Positions 1-9,749 of a stretch of 53,395 nt of DNA are shown one piece after another. The DNA is taken from positions 1 to 53,395 of IMG/VR virus record IMGVR_UViG_3300029267_003268; one strand, 5' to 3'. Under the pieces are notes generated by a model. The model ran no database searches. It was not told the DNA's origin and saw only the letters and a list, made by a program, of their open reading frames with translations. Made by a program: the position numbers and the translations under genes. The first letter of the stretch is position 1, and each line of letters starts with the position of its first letter. The stretch comes from a virus. Its lineage: Duplodnaviria; Caudoviricetes.

Positions 1-54
1 GCAACCTACCCCAGACTAACAGGTTACAACAAGGAATAAGTAAAATATGTGTTT
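1..54 (+). repeat. 54-bp terminal direct repeat, left copy (assembly circularisation overlap)
   Basis: 1-54 identical to 53342-53395. Confidence 0.97.
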
Positions 55-405
55 AAATTTGCTAAAGCCTTGCACAACAACAGGTTACAAGCACACCCCA
101 GAACACCCCAATCAGCGTTTTTGGTCTAATAATGCATATGGGCCCGCAAAGTCTCGCAGAAATAGCTTGACGAAGTTCCAGTAGGTGGTGTAAATCGCTA
201 TACATCTACCGATTACTTACGGGGCGGTACCGAGGCATACAGAGGATTTGACTGTGCAGCAATGTCCCGTAAATCCCGAGCAACCACAGACTTACACCAA
301 TCCAACGCAAATACAAACCGCGCACAACAAGCGCGATTATCGTGAGTGCCATAGCATAGGCCAAGCCAAGATCGTCCAACACAGCCAATTCTGGAGGATG
401 CGCAA

Positions 406-921
406 ATGACGATGACAATGCAAGATGTCAAGCAGGGGCGTGCCAAAGGACCAGGAGGGCCACCCAGGATATTCGAGACACCTGAACAGATGCAAGAGCG
501 CATCGATGACTATTTCGCACAAGAGGGCCCCAAGAGCGTCTATGGCCTGTCGCTGCATCTCGGATTCAACCACTACCAGAAGCTCCTGAACTATCAGGTG
601 AGGGATGAGTTCCATGATACCGTCATGCGCGCGAAACAGCGGATCATGGCTTATTACGATGAAATAGGGCATACGAGCAAGGGTGCGGGCCATTTCTGTG
701 ACAGGATGCTCACCAGAATGGGACATGCAGCGATAGAAGTGCAGCTCGATGCGCACGACGTAGCCACCTTGGGTGATCTGGCTGCCAAGCTGGGCGGCGC
801 AGACCCCAGCAAGGTCCTACCTGAACCTCCTGCGGCATTGCCCGTGGAGTCTATCACACGTGATGCAGAGCCTACACAGTCTATGGTAGGGGAGGATAGC
901 CATGATGACCTCACACCATAG
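406..921 (+). CDS. terS: Terminase small subunit
   Basis: GGPPRIFETPEQMQERIDDYF and GLSLHLGF motifs typical of DNA-packaging small subunits; GGAGG RBS; upstream of terL. Confidence 0.8.
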   Translation: MTMTMQDVKQGRAKGPGGPPRIFETPEQMQERIDDYFAQEGPKSVYGLSLHLGFNHYQKLLNYQVRDEFHDTVMRAKQRIMAYYDEIGHTSKGAGHFCDRMLTRMGHAAIEVQLDAHDVATLGDLAAKLGGADPSKVLPEPPAALPVESITRDAEPTQSMVGEDSHDDLTP

Positions 922-1160
922 CCATCAGGGGCATGTGAGCCGGCAGGCGGCGACCATGACACCCACAGGGGGGGTGTACTTTGTAAACGACGGGGCGGGG
1001 TATAGAACGGGAGAAGCACATAGGGCTTCTCGCTCGCTCTGCTTCTCATTATCCTGCGTACATTTTCGGTTACATTCTGAAAAAAATACAGATTTTGCGC
1101 ATTTTGGTAGTTTAGGTAAGCTGGAGACAGATAATGGAATGGAGTAGTGTGAAGGATGAA

Positions 1161-1652
1161 ATGAAATCATTCTTTGGATTGATTGTGGCTTTGGTAGCCG
1201 TGGCGGTGTTGGCGGTGGCGGTGTTGGCCACCGACTTCATATTCACGACAGAGGCGGACACTGACTGGCAGCCGGATCGGGCGACGATAACGCCGGGCCC
1301 GGTCGCCTACAGCGGCCTTGTGGCAGACGCCGATAGTAGTGGTTGGTCTGAATCCGGGGTCATATCGGCTGATGGCATCGACTATGAGTTCGAGTGGAAC
1401 GACGAGGAGAATGAGCACAACCTAACGGACGCCTCCATTCGCGCGCTGGCTGAGACCGGGCGTCTGTGTGAGGTATTGGGCCATCAGTGGCGTGAAGGGC
1501 GACCCGGCGAAGGGTACGACCCTGATTTGGGCTTGACGTTGAAGTACGCAGACTATCATCCGGGCACCTTCTATCGCACCTGTACCATTTGCGGTACGTG
1601 CGAGTCGCGCTTTCTGTCCGATTGGTCCAGTGAGGCAGGGGACGAGGAATGA
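1161..1652 (+). CDS. Hypothetical protein with N-terminal signal/TM segment and C-terminal Cys/His motif
   Basis: MKSFFGLIVALVAVAVLAVAVLA; LCEVLGHQW...RTCTICG. Confidence 0.65.
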   Translation: MKSFFGLIVALVAVAVLAVAVLATDFIFTTEADTDWQPDRATITPGPVAYSGLVADADSSGWSESGVISADGIDYEFEWNDEENEHNLTDASIRALAETGRLCEVLGHQWREGRPGEGYDPDLGLTLKYADYHPGTFYRTCTICGTCESRFLSDWSSEAGDEE

Positions 1653-1921
1653 CAGATCGAACGACAATTGAAGAATCGCTCAAGATGATATTTCGCCTGC
1701 CGATGGCTCAGGTTCAGCACACGGACCACAGCATACGGCAGGCGGCGCAGACATACCTGCGTACCTTGTGTACCTTGGCTCGGGCGCGAATCGGCGAAGA
1801 TTGTAAAGCGGCCGGCGAAGACCCGCGCGATTGGGAGGTCAAGATCACCAACGAAGTCGTCGAGGGAATGCTACAGCTTACGGTTGTTCCGCAAAGGAAA
1901 CGAGGAATGAACCCGACGTAG
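1649..1921 (+). CDS. Hypothetical protein
   Basis: ATGA overlap with upstream gene, GAGGA RBS. Confidence 0.65.
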   Translation: MTDRTTIEESLKMIFRLPMAQVQHTDHSIRQAAQTYLRTLCTLARARIGEDCKAAGEDPRDWEVKITNEVVEGMLQLTVVPQRKRGMNPT

Positions 1922-1977
1922 GAGAGTACGAAGCCCGCTTTGGGGCCGTGAGACAGCCTTCGAAGCCATAGGGGCCT

Positions 1978-4662
1978 GTGGAGCAAATGGTCGCATTGAC
2001 CGATACAGAACGAGTAGTAGCCGAGCGGTTATTCCGATACGGGGCCGATCCGCGCGGTTTCACTATCCACATTCTCAACCATCCCGCCGAGTACTACTGG
2101 CCGAAGATGCAGGAAGTGGCCGAGAGCGTGCGCGACTATCAGTTGACCGCCGTCCCCGCCGGCCACTCGGTCAGTAAGGCGTTAGAAGTTAGCACTCCGA
2201 TTCTCACGCCGTCTGGTTTTGTCTCGATGTCGAACCTTGCCGCCGGTGATATTGTCTACGGCGAATACGGCCAGCGTATTCATGTCACGGGTCGTTCTCC
2301 GGTCCGGCGTCGCCTGTCGTATGAATTGACCTTTGACGACGGGGCTTCTTTACTTGCCTGCGACGAACACTTGTGGGCGGCGCACGATTATGTGTCTCGT
2401 ACGCACATGCGTCGCCAGTGCCGTCAGGAGTATCGAGCGTCCTGGTCTTCGTCGCGCCTTGTGAACACGCTGGGGATTGCTTCGGCGTTACGCCACAACG
2501 GCCAGACCAATTGGTCCATTCCCGTTGCTTCTGCCGTGCGTGGTCGGTCCCATCTGTCGGGCGCTTATACGATTGGTTTTTGGTTGGGCGACGGCTGTCG
2601 GGGCACTGCGGTGGTGACGATTGGCGATGGCGATGCACCGGAGGTGTTATCTCGGATTGCGGCCGATGGTTTTTCGTGTAGCCGTCAGCCCTCTGCCGAC
2701 CAGGAGAATTGCAAGAATTACACCATCCACGGTTTGCGTGGTCTCTTGCGTAGGTATGGTATTTTCAAGGACAAGCGCATCCTGGTTCGCTGGTTGCGCT
2801 TGCGGTACGAAGATCGACTGGCGTTATTGCGCGGGTACATGGACGCCGACGGCTGGCGTCTGGCCCATGGCAAATCCGCTGCTGTTGGCACGACGGACCG
2901 GCGCATGTACGAGACGGTTGTTCCGTTCGTTGCCTCCTTCGGAAACAAGGTCTTTTGTAAGACGGAGACCATAACATACAAAGGTCAGCCGAAACTCGTA
3001 TACAAGCTGAACTTCACGCCTCGTGACCAGCCGTTTTGTTTGGCGCGAAAGCAATTACAGAACAGCCTCAGCGTTCACGCACGCCGGCGACAGACGGCTC
3101 GCATGATCTTGGATTGTCAACCTGTCGGCGAAAAGGATGTCTGCTGTATTGAGACCGACAACCCAAGCGGTCTGTATTTGGCTGGTCCTCATTTGGTGCC
3201 GACCCATAACACCCACGGCGCCGGGCGTATCGTTCCCTGGTTCAAGACTTGCTATCAGCCGTCCACGGTGATTACGACGGCCCCGTCGGACAATCAGGTT
3301 CGCAATCAGCTCTGGCGTCAGATACACGGGGCGTATGCGGCAGCCAACGGTGTGCTGGGCGGGAAGATGACGGCGTTGCAGTGGGACCTGCGGCCCTCGG
3401 ACGAGGTATTGCAGCAGATGGACCCGGCGGAGCGGCAATGGTGGTTCTTGAACTTCGCCATGGGCTTTTCGACGTCTCCGGACACCGTGAGCGAACACGC
3501 AACCAAGATCGCTGGCTGGCACAACCGCTGGATGCTCATCGTCCTTGATGAGGCGTGCGGCATTGCCCCCCCGATTTGGCGGACGGTCATGGACGCACTG
3601 GTCATCAACGAACAAGTCAAGGTCCTGGCTATCGGCAATCCCACGGACCCGGAAGCGGAGTTCGCGGCGGCCTGCCGCTTGAACGGTTCCCTGGAACATC
3701 TCGCCGCGCCCAACGGGGACATGCGCGGGCCTTCCGTATCCTACATGGGCGACGAAGGCTGGCATGTGGTACCCGTCTCCGTTTTTGATACCCCCAACTA
3801 CAAGGAAGGCACAGAACGGATTCCCGGTTTGGCGGGGCGCTCGTACGTCACACTGATTGAGAAGAAGCATCCTCCCGGCAGTAACGGCTGGCTGATTCGG
3901 CTGCGCGGGGCCTTCCCTTCGCACAAGGAGGGCACGTACTACGGGTACGAGCTGTCCCAGGCCAAGAGCCAGAACCGCATCGGCCGCTTCCCCCATGATC
4001 CCACCTTCCCGGTCTACTGCTTCGCCGATCTCGGGGACGTTTACACGGCGGCGATTTGGGTGCAGTTCATTCGCGACCGCGTTCGGGTCATCGGCGATTA
4101 CTGGGACAATAACGGCATCGTGAAGGTGCTCGGCGATACCCACACGGTAGATGGGGCCGGGGCCGAGGCGTTCGCCCGCGCCATGCACAGCGTTCCTTAC
4201 ACCTGGGGCAAGCAGCATTACGCCGGGCCCGACCTGACCGGCAGTAACGCCAAGAAGTTCGGCCAGTCCGGCCAGACGACGCAGACGCTGCTGCGCAGTC
4301 TCGGCTTCAATTTCCAGCCGTGCGAGAACGTAGGTTTCAACGAGGGCATTCAGAGCGTTCGCAATCTCTTCCCGCTTTTGGATATCGACGCCGCCGGCGC
4401 AGCTACCTTTGTCAAGGCCATTACCGGCTACCACAAGGCCAAGAACGCCGGGCTCAGTACGCAGGACGAGGCGGCCTTCCACAATCAGCCGGCGGCTACC
4501 TGGCACCGGCACACGGCCGACGCGCTGCGGCACTTGGCCGTCGCCTACGAGTACAATACGATCAACGGGCAATACCTCGGGTCCAAGCGGGTCATCGCCC
4601 AGTACCGTACTATCCAGCGCGGCAAGCGCGGTAAATATGACCCGATGGAATGGGTCGCATAA
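1978..4662 (+). CDS. terL: Terminase large subunit, intein-containing
   Basis: Walker A GHSVSK|T split by intein, Walker B LIVLDEA, coupling motif IGNP, nuclease DLG and HTADALR. Confidence 0.93.
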   Translation: MEQMVALTDTERVVAERLFRYGADPRGFTIHILNHPAEYYWPKMQEVAESVRDYQLTAVPAGHSVSKALEVSTPILTPSGFVSMSNLAAGDIVYGEYGQRIHVTGRSPVRRRLSYELTFDDGASLLACDEHLWAAHDYVSRTHMRRQCRQEYRASWSSSRLVNTLGIASALRHNGQTNWSIPVASAVRGRSHLSGAYTIGFWLGDGCRGTAVVTIGDGDAPEVLSRIAADGFSCSRQPSADQENCKNYTIHGLRGLLRRYGIFKDKRILVRWLRLRYEDRLALLRGYMDADGWRLAHGKSAAVGTTDRRMYETVVPFVASFGNKVFCKTETITYKGQPKLVYKLNFTPRDQPFCLARKQLQNSLSVHARRRQTARMILDCQPVGEKDVCCIETDNPSGLYLAGPHLVPTHNTHGAGRIVPWFKTCYQPSTVITTAPSDNQVRNQLWRQIHGAYAAANGVLGGKMTALQWDLRPSDEVLQQMDPAERQWWFLNFAMGFSTSPDTVSEHATKIAGWHNRWMLIVLDEACGIAPPIWRTVMDALVINEQVKVLAIGNPTDPEAEFAAACRLNGSLEHLAAPNGDMRGPSVSYMGDEGWHVVPVSVFDTPNYKEGTERIPGLAGRSYVTLIEKKHPPGSNGWLIRLRGAFPSHKEGTYYGYELSQAKSQNRIGRFPHDPTFPVYCFADLGDVYTAAIWVQFIRDRVRVIGDYWDNNGIVKVLGDTHTVDGAGAEAFARAMHSVPYTWGKQHYAGPDLTGSNAKKFGQSGQTTQTLLRSLGFNFQPCENVGFNEGIQSVRNLFPLLDIDAAGAATFVKAITGYHKAKNAGLSTQDEAAFHNQPAATWHRHTADALRHLAVAYEYNTINGQYLGSKRVIAQYRTIQRGKRGKYDPMEWVA
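2179..3210 (+). mobile_element. Intein (344 aa, Ala1, class-3-like) with LAGLIDADG homing endonuclease
   Basis: Starts ALEVSTPILTP, block B DEHLW, block F VCCIE, ends PTHN followed by Thr; LAGLIDADG motifs IGFWLGDG and LRGYMDADG. Confidence 0.92.
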
Positions 4663-4672
4663 GGAGACAGAC

Positions 4673-5053
4673 ATGATTGCACCGATAGCACAAGCCGTTA
4701 AGAGGATGCCGTTGTTGCTGGCGTGTAAATGCGCCCGGCACGCGGTAGTACTACCGCGCGGCGAGGGGAAAATGGTATGGGCCTGCTCGGCGTGCGGGGC
4801 CGGTCAGGAAGTGGAGTTCGGACGTGACGACCGCAACCCGGCGGGCGTGCAGTTCGGCTCGCGCCGCCGCCCGGTAGAGTTGGAATGCCCCTGCGGCCAG
4901 AAGGACCTGATTGTCCTGCCGTTGGGCAAGGGGACGCTCGTCTGGTCGTGCGGGCACTGCAAGCAGCGCTGGCGCATTGATTTTACCCCTACGACCGAGC
5001 AGATCGCCAAGGGCGTGAAGATCGTGGCGCCGTTTGAGAAGGAGCCGAGCTGA
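4673..5053 (+). CDS. Double zinc-ribbon hypothetical protein
   Basis: Two CxC...WxCxxC repeats; AAGGAG RBS. Confidence 0.7.
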   Translation: MIAPIAQAVKRMPLLLACKCARHAVVLPRGEGKMVWACSACGAGQEVEFGRDDRNPAGVQFGSRRRPVELECPCGQKDLIVLPLGKGTLVWSCGHCKQRWRIDFTPTTEQIAKGVKIVAPFEKEPS

Positions 5054-5165
5054 TGAGTTCGCAAAAGCCGTCCAAGGAGAAGTAACTGACGGCATAACCG
5101 ATCCAAAAAAGATGACGGCACAGGCGGGTCGCTCCCGCTGAGATGCCTTAACCATCGCGACCGTT

Positions 5166-5216
5166 AAGGGGCCGCGTCGGGCGTACCGCACGCTTGGACG
5201 CGGCCCCTTCTTTTTT
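5166..5216 (+). terminator. Rho-independent terminator
   Basis: AAGGGGCCGCGTC...GACGCGGCCCCTT stem followed by T-run. Confidence 0.75.
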
Positions 5217-5237
5217 GGATCGCAATAGAGGATACAG

Positions 5238-6995
5238 ATGGCAGACCGCACGACAGTAGAGAATAAGAAGGCCGGGCAGGCGCAGCTCGCCGGGAAGTCC
5301 CTGGCCCAGCGGGTAGAGCAGCGTCACAAGAACTGGACGGGCTCGACCGAGCGCAACAACTTCGAGCTGCGCGTTCGCGACGTCATCAAGTATTGCCGCC
5401 CGGATCTGCGGCAGTATATCTCGGGCGCGCCGGGCAAGTCGCGCGGCGCCGAGATCTATACGAACAAGCCGCAAACGGACTTGGAGCACGCCTCCGACGC
5501 CTTCTGCGGCAACGTCTTTCTGCAATTCGGCTGGTTCAAGTTCTCCACCGGCGTACCGGAACTCGACGCCGACAACGAGACGCAGAAATGGTCCCAGCGG
5601 CAGGAAGATCATATGTACCGCACCTATGCGGATCGCGGCTTCTACGAGGTGATGCCGCCGCTGGCGATGGACGCCTTTAGCCTGGGCGAAGGGGCGATGT
5701 TCCTCGGGCTCGAGGACGACGGACCGTCCTACGAATACTGCGAGATGATGGCTACCTGGTTTCGTCGCGACCGGCGGGGCCGCATTACGGCCATGCACCG
5801 TCGCCATGACTTTAGCGCTGCCGAAGCCTACGAGCGCTGGGGTCTGGATTGCTCCGACGAGCTGGTGCGCTGCGCTACGGGCAGCGATAACGACCGTCGC
5901 TTCAGCTTCATTCAGGCCGTCTACTCCGCCACCGACCCGATCCTGCATGGCATAACCCTGCCGAAGACCGAACGCGGGGACGATTTCGTGCAAATCTGGA
6001 TACAGGAGCGGTCGCGAAAGAACGAGTTGCCCGGTGACGCCTTGCAAGGCGTGCTCGGCAAGCTGGAAACCTATCCCGAGATGCCGCTGATCTCGTGGCC
6101 CTACTGGTGGAAGAACAATGAGACGTACGGCCGGGCCGCCCTGCACCTCGCGACGGTGATGCGCCTGCAAGGCTTCGCTAAGGATACCATGCTGGCCAGT
6201 CAGCGGCTCGTGGCTCCGCCTCTGGTCGGCTCGCGCAGCTTAGCCGATGCGCTGGACCTGAGCGGCGACGGCGTGACCTGGAAGGACAATCCCGGCGATA
6301 GCCTGGAGCCGGTCTACAAGGGGGCGATACGCTACGATTTCGGTGTGGATCTCATTCAGCGCACAGGCGAGGAAATCGAGAACATGCTGCACCTGCCCGT
6401 CTTCAAGGCCATGACCTACATGGCGCAGCAAAATATGCGAGTGGACCAGGTACTGGAGATCATCGGCGAGAAGGCCGCGTCTCTGATGGGCCGCCTGGGC
6501 CTGCTGGACAGGCTGTTCCTACAGCGGGTTCACGAGCGGACCTGGGCCATCGAATGGCGGGCCGGGCGGATCGAGCCGCCGCCGGCGAAAGTCGCGGAGT
6601 ACATGGAACGCCGTCAGGAACAGAACGCCGTCCAGGGCCGTCACGAGTCGGGTATGCCGCTGCGAGTGCAGTACAAAGGCCCGCTGTCCTACGCTCAGGA
6701 GTCCCTGTTCCTGCGCCGCCGAGTGGCGATGGGCCTGAGCGGGGTGCGTGTACTGTCCGAAATGGGGCCGGAGATGGCCACGCAGGTCATCGACCGGATC
6801 AACGGCGACGTCGCAGCGGAATGGATTCTCGATCAGAGCGGCTTCCTCCAGGCCGCCATTGCCAGCAACGAAGACGTGAACGACCGGCGGGCAGAACGCC
6901 GCGAATTGGAACGCGCCCAAATGAACGCCGATCTCGGTAAGACGCAGAGCGAAGCGGCGCGCAACCTCAGTCAAGTAGCAAAGGAGACAGCGTGA
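5238..6995 (+). CDS. Portal protein (T7/BPP-1-type head-tail connector)
   Basis: 585 aa after terL; WFKF, ETYGR, LVAPP, VQYKGPLSYAQ motifs of podoviral portals. Confidence 0.85.
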   Translation: MADRTTVENKKAGQAQLAGKSLAQRVEQRHKNWTGSTERNNFELRVRDVIKYCRPDLRQYISGAPGKSRGAEIYTNKPQTDLEHASDAFCGNVFLQFGWFKFSTGVPELDADNETQKWSQRQEDHMYRTYADRGFYEVMPPLAMDAFSLGEGAMFLGLEDDGPSYEYCEMMATWFRRDRRGRITAMHRRHDFSAAEAYERWGLDCSDELVRCATGSDNDRRFSFIQAVYSATDPILHGITLPKTERGDDFVQIWIQERSRKNELPGDALQGVLGKLETYPEMPLISWPYWWKNNETYGRAALHLATVMRLQGFAKDTMLASQRLVAPPLVGSRSLADALDLSGDGVTWKDNPGDSLEPVYKGAIRYDFGVDLIQRTGEEIENMLHLPVFKAMTYMAQQNMRVDQVLEIIGEKAASLMGRLGLLDRLFLQRVHERTWAIEWRAGRIEPPPAKVAEYMERRQEQNAVQGRHESGMPLRVQYKGPLSYAQESLFLRRRVAMGLSGVRVLSEMGPEMATQVIDRINGDVAAEWILDQSGFLQAAIASNEDVNDRRAERRELERAQMNADLGKTQSEAARNLSQVAKETA

Positions 6996-7210
6996 AGACC
7001 GACGCTTCCGTAGCAGTTGCACAGATCTTGCGGCGGGACATCTCCGGTGATGCCGCCCATATCGTCGCGGCGATGGGGCACCTTGATATGGGCGCCCGCG
7101 TCGCGGACCACGACCAGGTGGTCGAGCAGAACTTCGCCAAGCGGCTCTTGCAGGCCGCCGGCTATCAAATTGACCTGATTCAGAAGAAGGAGACACCTAA
7201 TGCCGACTGA
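6992..7210 (+). CDS. Small head-module protein
   Basis: AAGGAG RBS, overlaps portal stop. Confidence 0.65.
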   Translation: MKTDASVAVAQILRRDISGDAAHIVAAMGHLDMGARVADHDQVVEQNFAKRLLQAAGYQIDLIQKKETPNAD

Positions 7211-8057
7211 CACAGACGCGACCCTCCCAGAGGCCGAACCGACGACCAAGTGGTACGAGGACGAATCCTGGGGCTTCGACCCGGACGAGCATTTGCCTAC
7301 CGTCTCGCGCTATGATACTCGCCAGGCGTTCGGCCGGGCGTTTTTCGAGCAGCGTAAGAAGATCAGCGAGCAGATTGCACCGCTCGATCTGACCCAGCCG
7401 CCGGAGAAGTACCTGCCGGAACTCAAGGCCGCCCGGCTGCGGTTGGGGGCGCACGAGAACTCGGAGGACTATAAGCTGGTAGTCCCCGACGATCTCCAAG
7501 AGACGATGACGAACCGGCTGCCTACGTTCGTAGAGGACCTCAAAAAGGAGGCCGCCGAGTTCGGCTTGACCGACGTTGAGTTCGAGACCCTCGCTACGCG
7601 GCGCCTCGAAGACGTGCGCACGATCCTGGCCGCCGAGACCAAGGCCGCCGACGAAGCCACGCGGGAGAAGAACGAGCGCACGGCCCAAATGGAGGAGCTC
7701 TACGAGCGGATTTGGGGTAAGAGCACGCCGGAACACAAAGCCCACGCCGTTCAATTCGCCAAGCATTACGACGATACGCTGTTCGTCGCGGACAACGAAT
7801 CGCTTAGTGAAGAGGAGCGGGGCGAAAAGGGCGGCCGCCTCGTACAGCTTCTGCGCAGCAGCGACAATCCCCTGCTGTACCGACTGTTCGCCTCGCTGCA
7901 CGGCAAGCTGCTGGCCGAGCCCGGTACGCCCGACACCAGTACGATGCCCGCCGGGGGCGGGGCCTACGCCGAGCGGCTCCGTACCGTCAAGGCGATGTAC
8001 CCGAAACGGCCGGAACTTTGGGACCAATTGGCCTCCGACCCGAGGGTTGAACTATGA
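7200..8057 (+). CDS. Putative capsid scaffolding protein
   Basis: Acidic, helical, located between portal and capsid genes. Confidence 0.6.
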   Translation: MPTDTDATLPEAEPTTKWYEDESWGFDPDEHLPTVSRYDTRQAFGRAFFEQRKKISEQIAPLDLTQPPEKYLPELKAARLRLGAHENSEDYKLVVPDDLQETMTNRLPTFVEDLKKEAAEFGLTDVEFETLATRRLEDVRTILAAETKAADEATREKNERTAQMEELYERIWGKSTPEHKAHAVQFAKHYDDTLFVADNESLSEEERGEKGGRLVQLLRSSDNPLLYRLFASLHGKLLAEPGTPDTSTMPAGGGAYAERLRTVKAMYPKRPELWDQLASDPRVEL

Positions 8058-8254
8058 AACTGGACGCAACTAATTTCACCTACCAGGGCCATCGACTCTG
8101 GATACAAGACGACGAGGACGGCAGCGCTCGCGCCGCGATGGACTATCGTATCGGCGAAATCGGCCAGCGCGTTCTGCTCGTTCAAGACAAGAACCTTCCC
8201 GTAGAAGAAAGGATCGTACATGGCAAAGAAGAAAGAGACACCCCAAGTGCCTGA
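8054..8254 (+). CDS. Hypothetical protein
   Basis: ATGA overlap, co-oriented. Confidence 0.55.
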   Translation: MKLDATNFTYQGHRLWIQDDEDGSARAAMDYRIGEIGQRVLLVQDKNLPVEERIVHGKEERDTPSA

Positions 8255-8540
8255 GCCCGTCGAGGCAGAGCCCGTCGAGGCAGAGCCCGTCGAGGCAGAG
8301 CCCGTCGAGGCAGAGCCCGTCGAGGCAGAGCCCGTTGCGGCAGAGCCCGTCGAGGCGAACGTTCAGATTCGGGTCGATATTACCGGCGCTTCCGTGCACC
8401 GATTGAAGGTGCCCGCAAGCCACGTCGATGCGGCCCTGGAACGGATCGTTCGGTGCGGAATCCAACAGCCCGGCGGATCGCCCAACAAAACCCGAGTGTA
8501 TCTGCCCCATCAGTTCGAGGCGGTCACAATCATTCGGTAA
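8220..8540 (+). CDS. Hypothetical protein with (EPVEA)7 repeat
   Basis: AAGGA RBS; in-frame 15-bp repeats. Confidence 0.65.
   Translation: MAKKKETPQVPEPVEAEPVEAEPVEAEPVEAEPVEAEPVAAEPVEANVQIRVDITGASVHRLKVPASHVDAALERIVRCGIQQPGGSPNKTRVYLPHQFEAVTIIR
8253..8357 (+). repeat. 7 x 15-bp tandem repeat GAGCCCGTCGAGGCA
   Basis: Directly visible; coding. Confidence 0.95.
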
Positions 8541-8719
8541 TGTTGGGAGTACGTACCCATATGTGATGCCGCCCCGCAAGCGCGGACATCCGGTATCTGC
8601 TGAGTCTCAGATACCCCTCGTTGTGAGGTCCTGAGCAGGTAACAAGCTATCAGAGACCCCACCGCCGTAGGTGGACACCTCTCGTCGAGTGTCAATCTGA
8701 TTTATCAAGGAGTTCACCT

Positions 8720-9730
8720 ATGGCAACTGAACAAGGGCTGAGTACCTATTACAGCCTTCTCGGCCTCGCCGGTATTAAGGGCAGGGTCGTGAAGACGATG
8801 TTCGAGAAGAACCCGCCGCTCAAGGACGCGCCGGTTTTTCCCGCCAACGAGAAGATGGGCCATACCGGCACGCGAGCTACGTCCTTACCGGCCCCGACGG
8901 TGCGCAAGGTCAGTGGGTACGTTACGCCCACTACCGCGCAAATGTCGCCGTACAGTGAGGATATCAGTATCTTCGACGGCGCCTGCGCCGTACCGGCCGA
9001 CGTTATCAAGCTGGAAGGCGCCTCGAAAATGGTAACGATGGAGGCCCTGCACCGCGAGGGCTTCGGCCAGGGCGTTATGAACTGGTGGTTCTACGGCGAC
9101 AATAGCACCAAGCCCGAGTATTTCCGCAGCTTCGGACAGCGCTACAAGACGCCGGACAACAACGACAGCACGTACTCGCCGGAGAACCCGGACACCTCGA
9201 CGGCCGCCGACGTCAACGTCTACGACGCCGAGGGCACCGGCAGCGACACCTGTAGCATCTGGTTCTTCCGCTGGGGGGCCGAACAGGTCCACGTCATTAC
9301 ACCCACCGGCGATACCGGCCACGGGATCGTTGAGACCGACAACGGTCGCGAGAAGCAGTGGTCCAGCGATACCTGGCGGTACGTCTATACGAAAGAGTGG
9401 GAATGGTGGCACGGCCTGGCGGTGCCCAACCAGAAGTGCGTCGCCCGTATCCGCAACATTGAGAGCTCCATCGACTCTATCAGCGCCAGTCTCAAGAAGC
9501 TGATTTTCCGTTGCGTCAACGAGGGGCTCACCGAGGGCAACGGTACGATCTGGATGTATATTCCCCGTCGCCTCAAGACCCATTTCGACGTCTTGCTCGA
9601 AGCCAAGCAGAACGTCACGTTCTCGCGGGACAATCCCTACAACGTCGAGATGCCGATGTGGGGTGGGACTATCCCCATCCAAACCTGCGATGCCCTGACG
9701 ATCACCGAGACGGCCGTTGCCGCCGTCTAA
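8720..9730 (+). CDS. Major capsid protein (BPP-1 Bbp17-like, HK97 fold)
   Basis: 336 aa; HTGTRATSLP, FYGD, SIWFFRWG, VARIRNI, IPIQTCDALTITETAV; strong RBS. Confidence 0.85.
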   Translation: MATEQGLSTYYSLLGLAGIKGRVVKTMFEKNPPLKDAPVFPANEKMGHTGTRATSLPAPTVRKVSGYVTPTTAQMSPYSEDISIFDGACAVPADVIKLEGASKMVTMEALHREGFGQGVMNWWFYGDNSTKPEYFRSFGQRYKTPDNNDSTYSPENPDTSTAADVNVYDAEGTGSDTCSIWFFRWGAEQVHVITPTGDTGHGIVETDNGREKQWSSDTWRYVYTKEWEWWHGLAVPNQKCVARIRNIESSIDSISASLKKLIFRCVNEGLTEGNGTIWMYIPRRLKTHFDVLLEAKQNVTFSRDNPYNVEMPMWGGTIPIQTCDALTITETAVAAV

Positions 9731-9749
9731 GGATAAGGAGTACCTTCTT

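Noticed and set aside
1-54. Biological terminal repeat
   Set aside because: Length and exactness fit an assembler k-mer overlap; it only shows circularity or terminal redundancy
5050-5160. Hammerhead (CTGATGAG) or TPP riboswitch (CTGAGA)
   Set aside because: The remaining conserved cores (GAAA with stems; CCTGAT..TAAT) are absent
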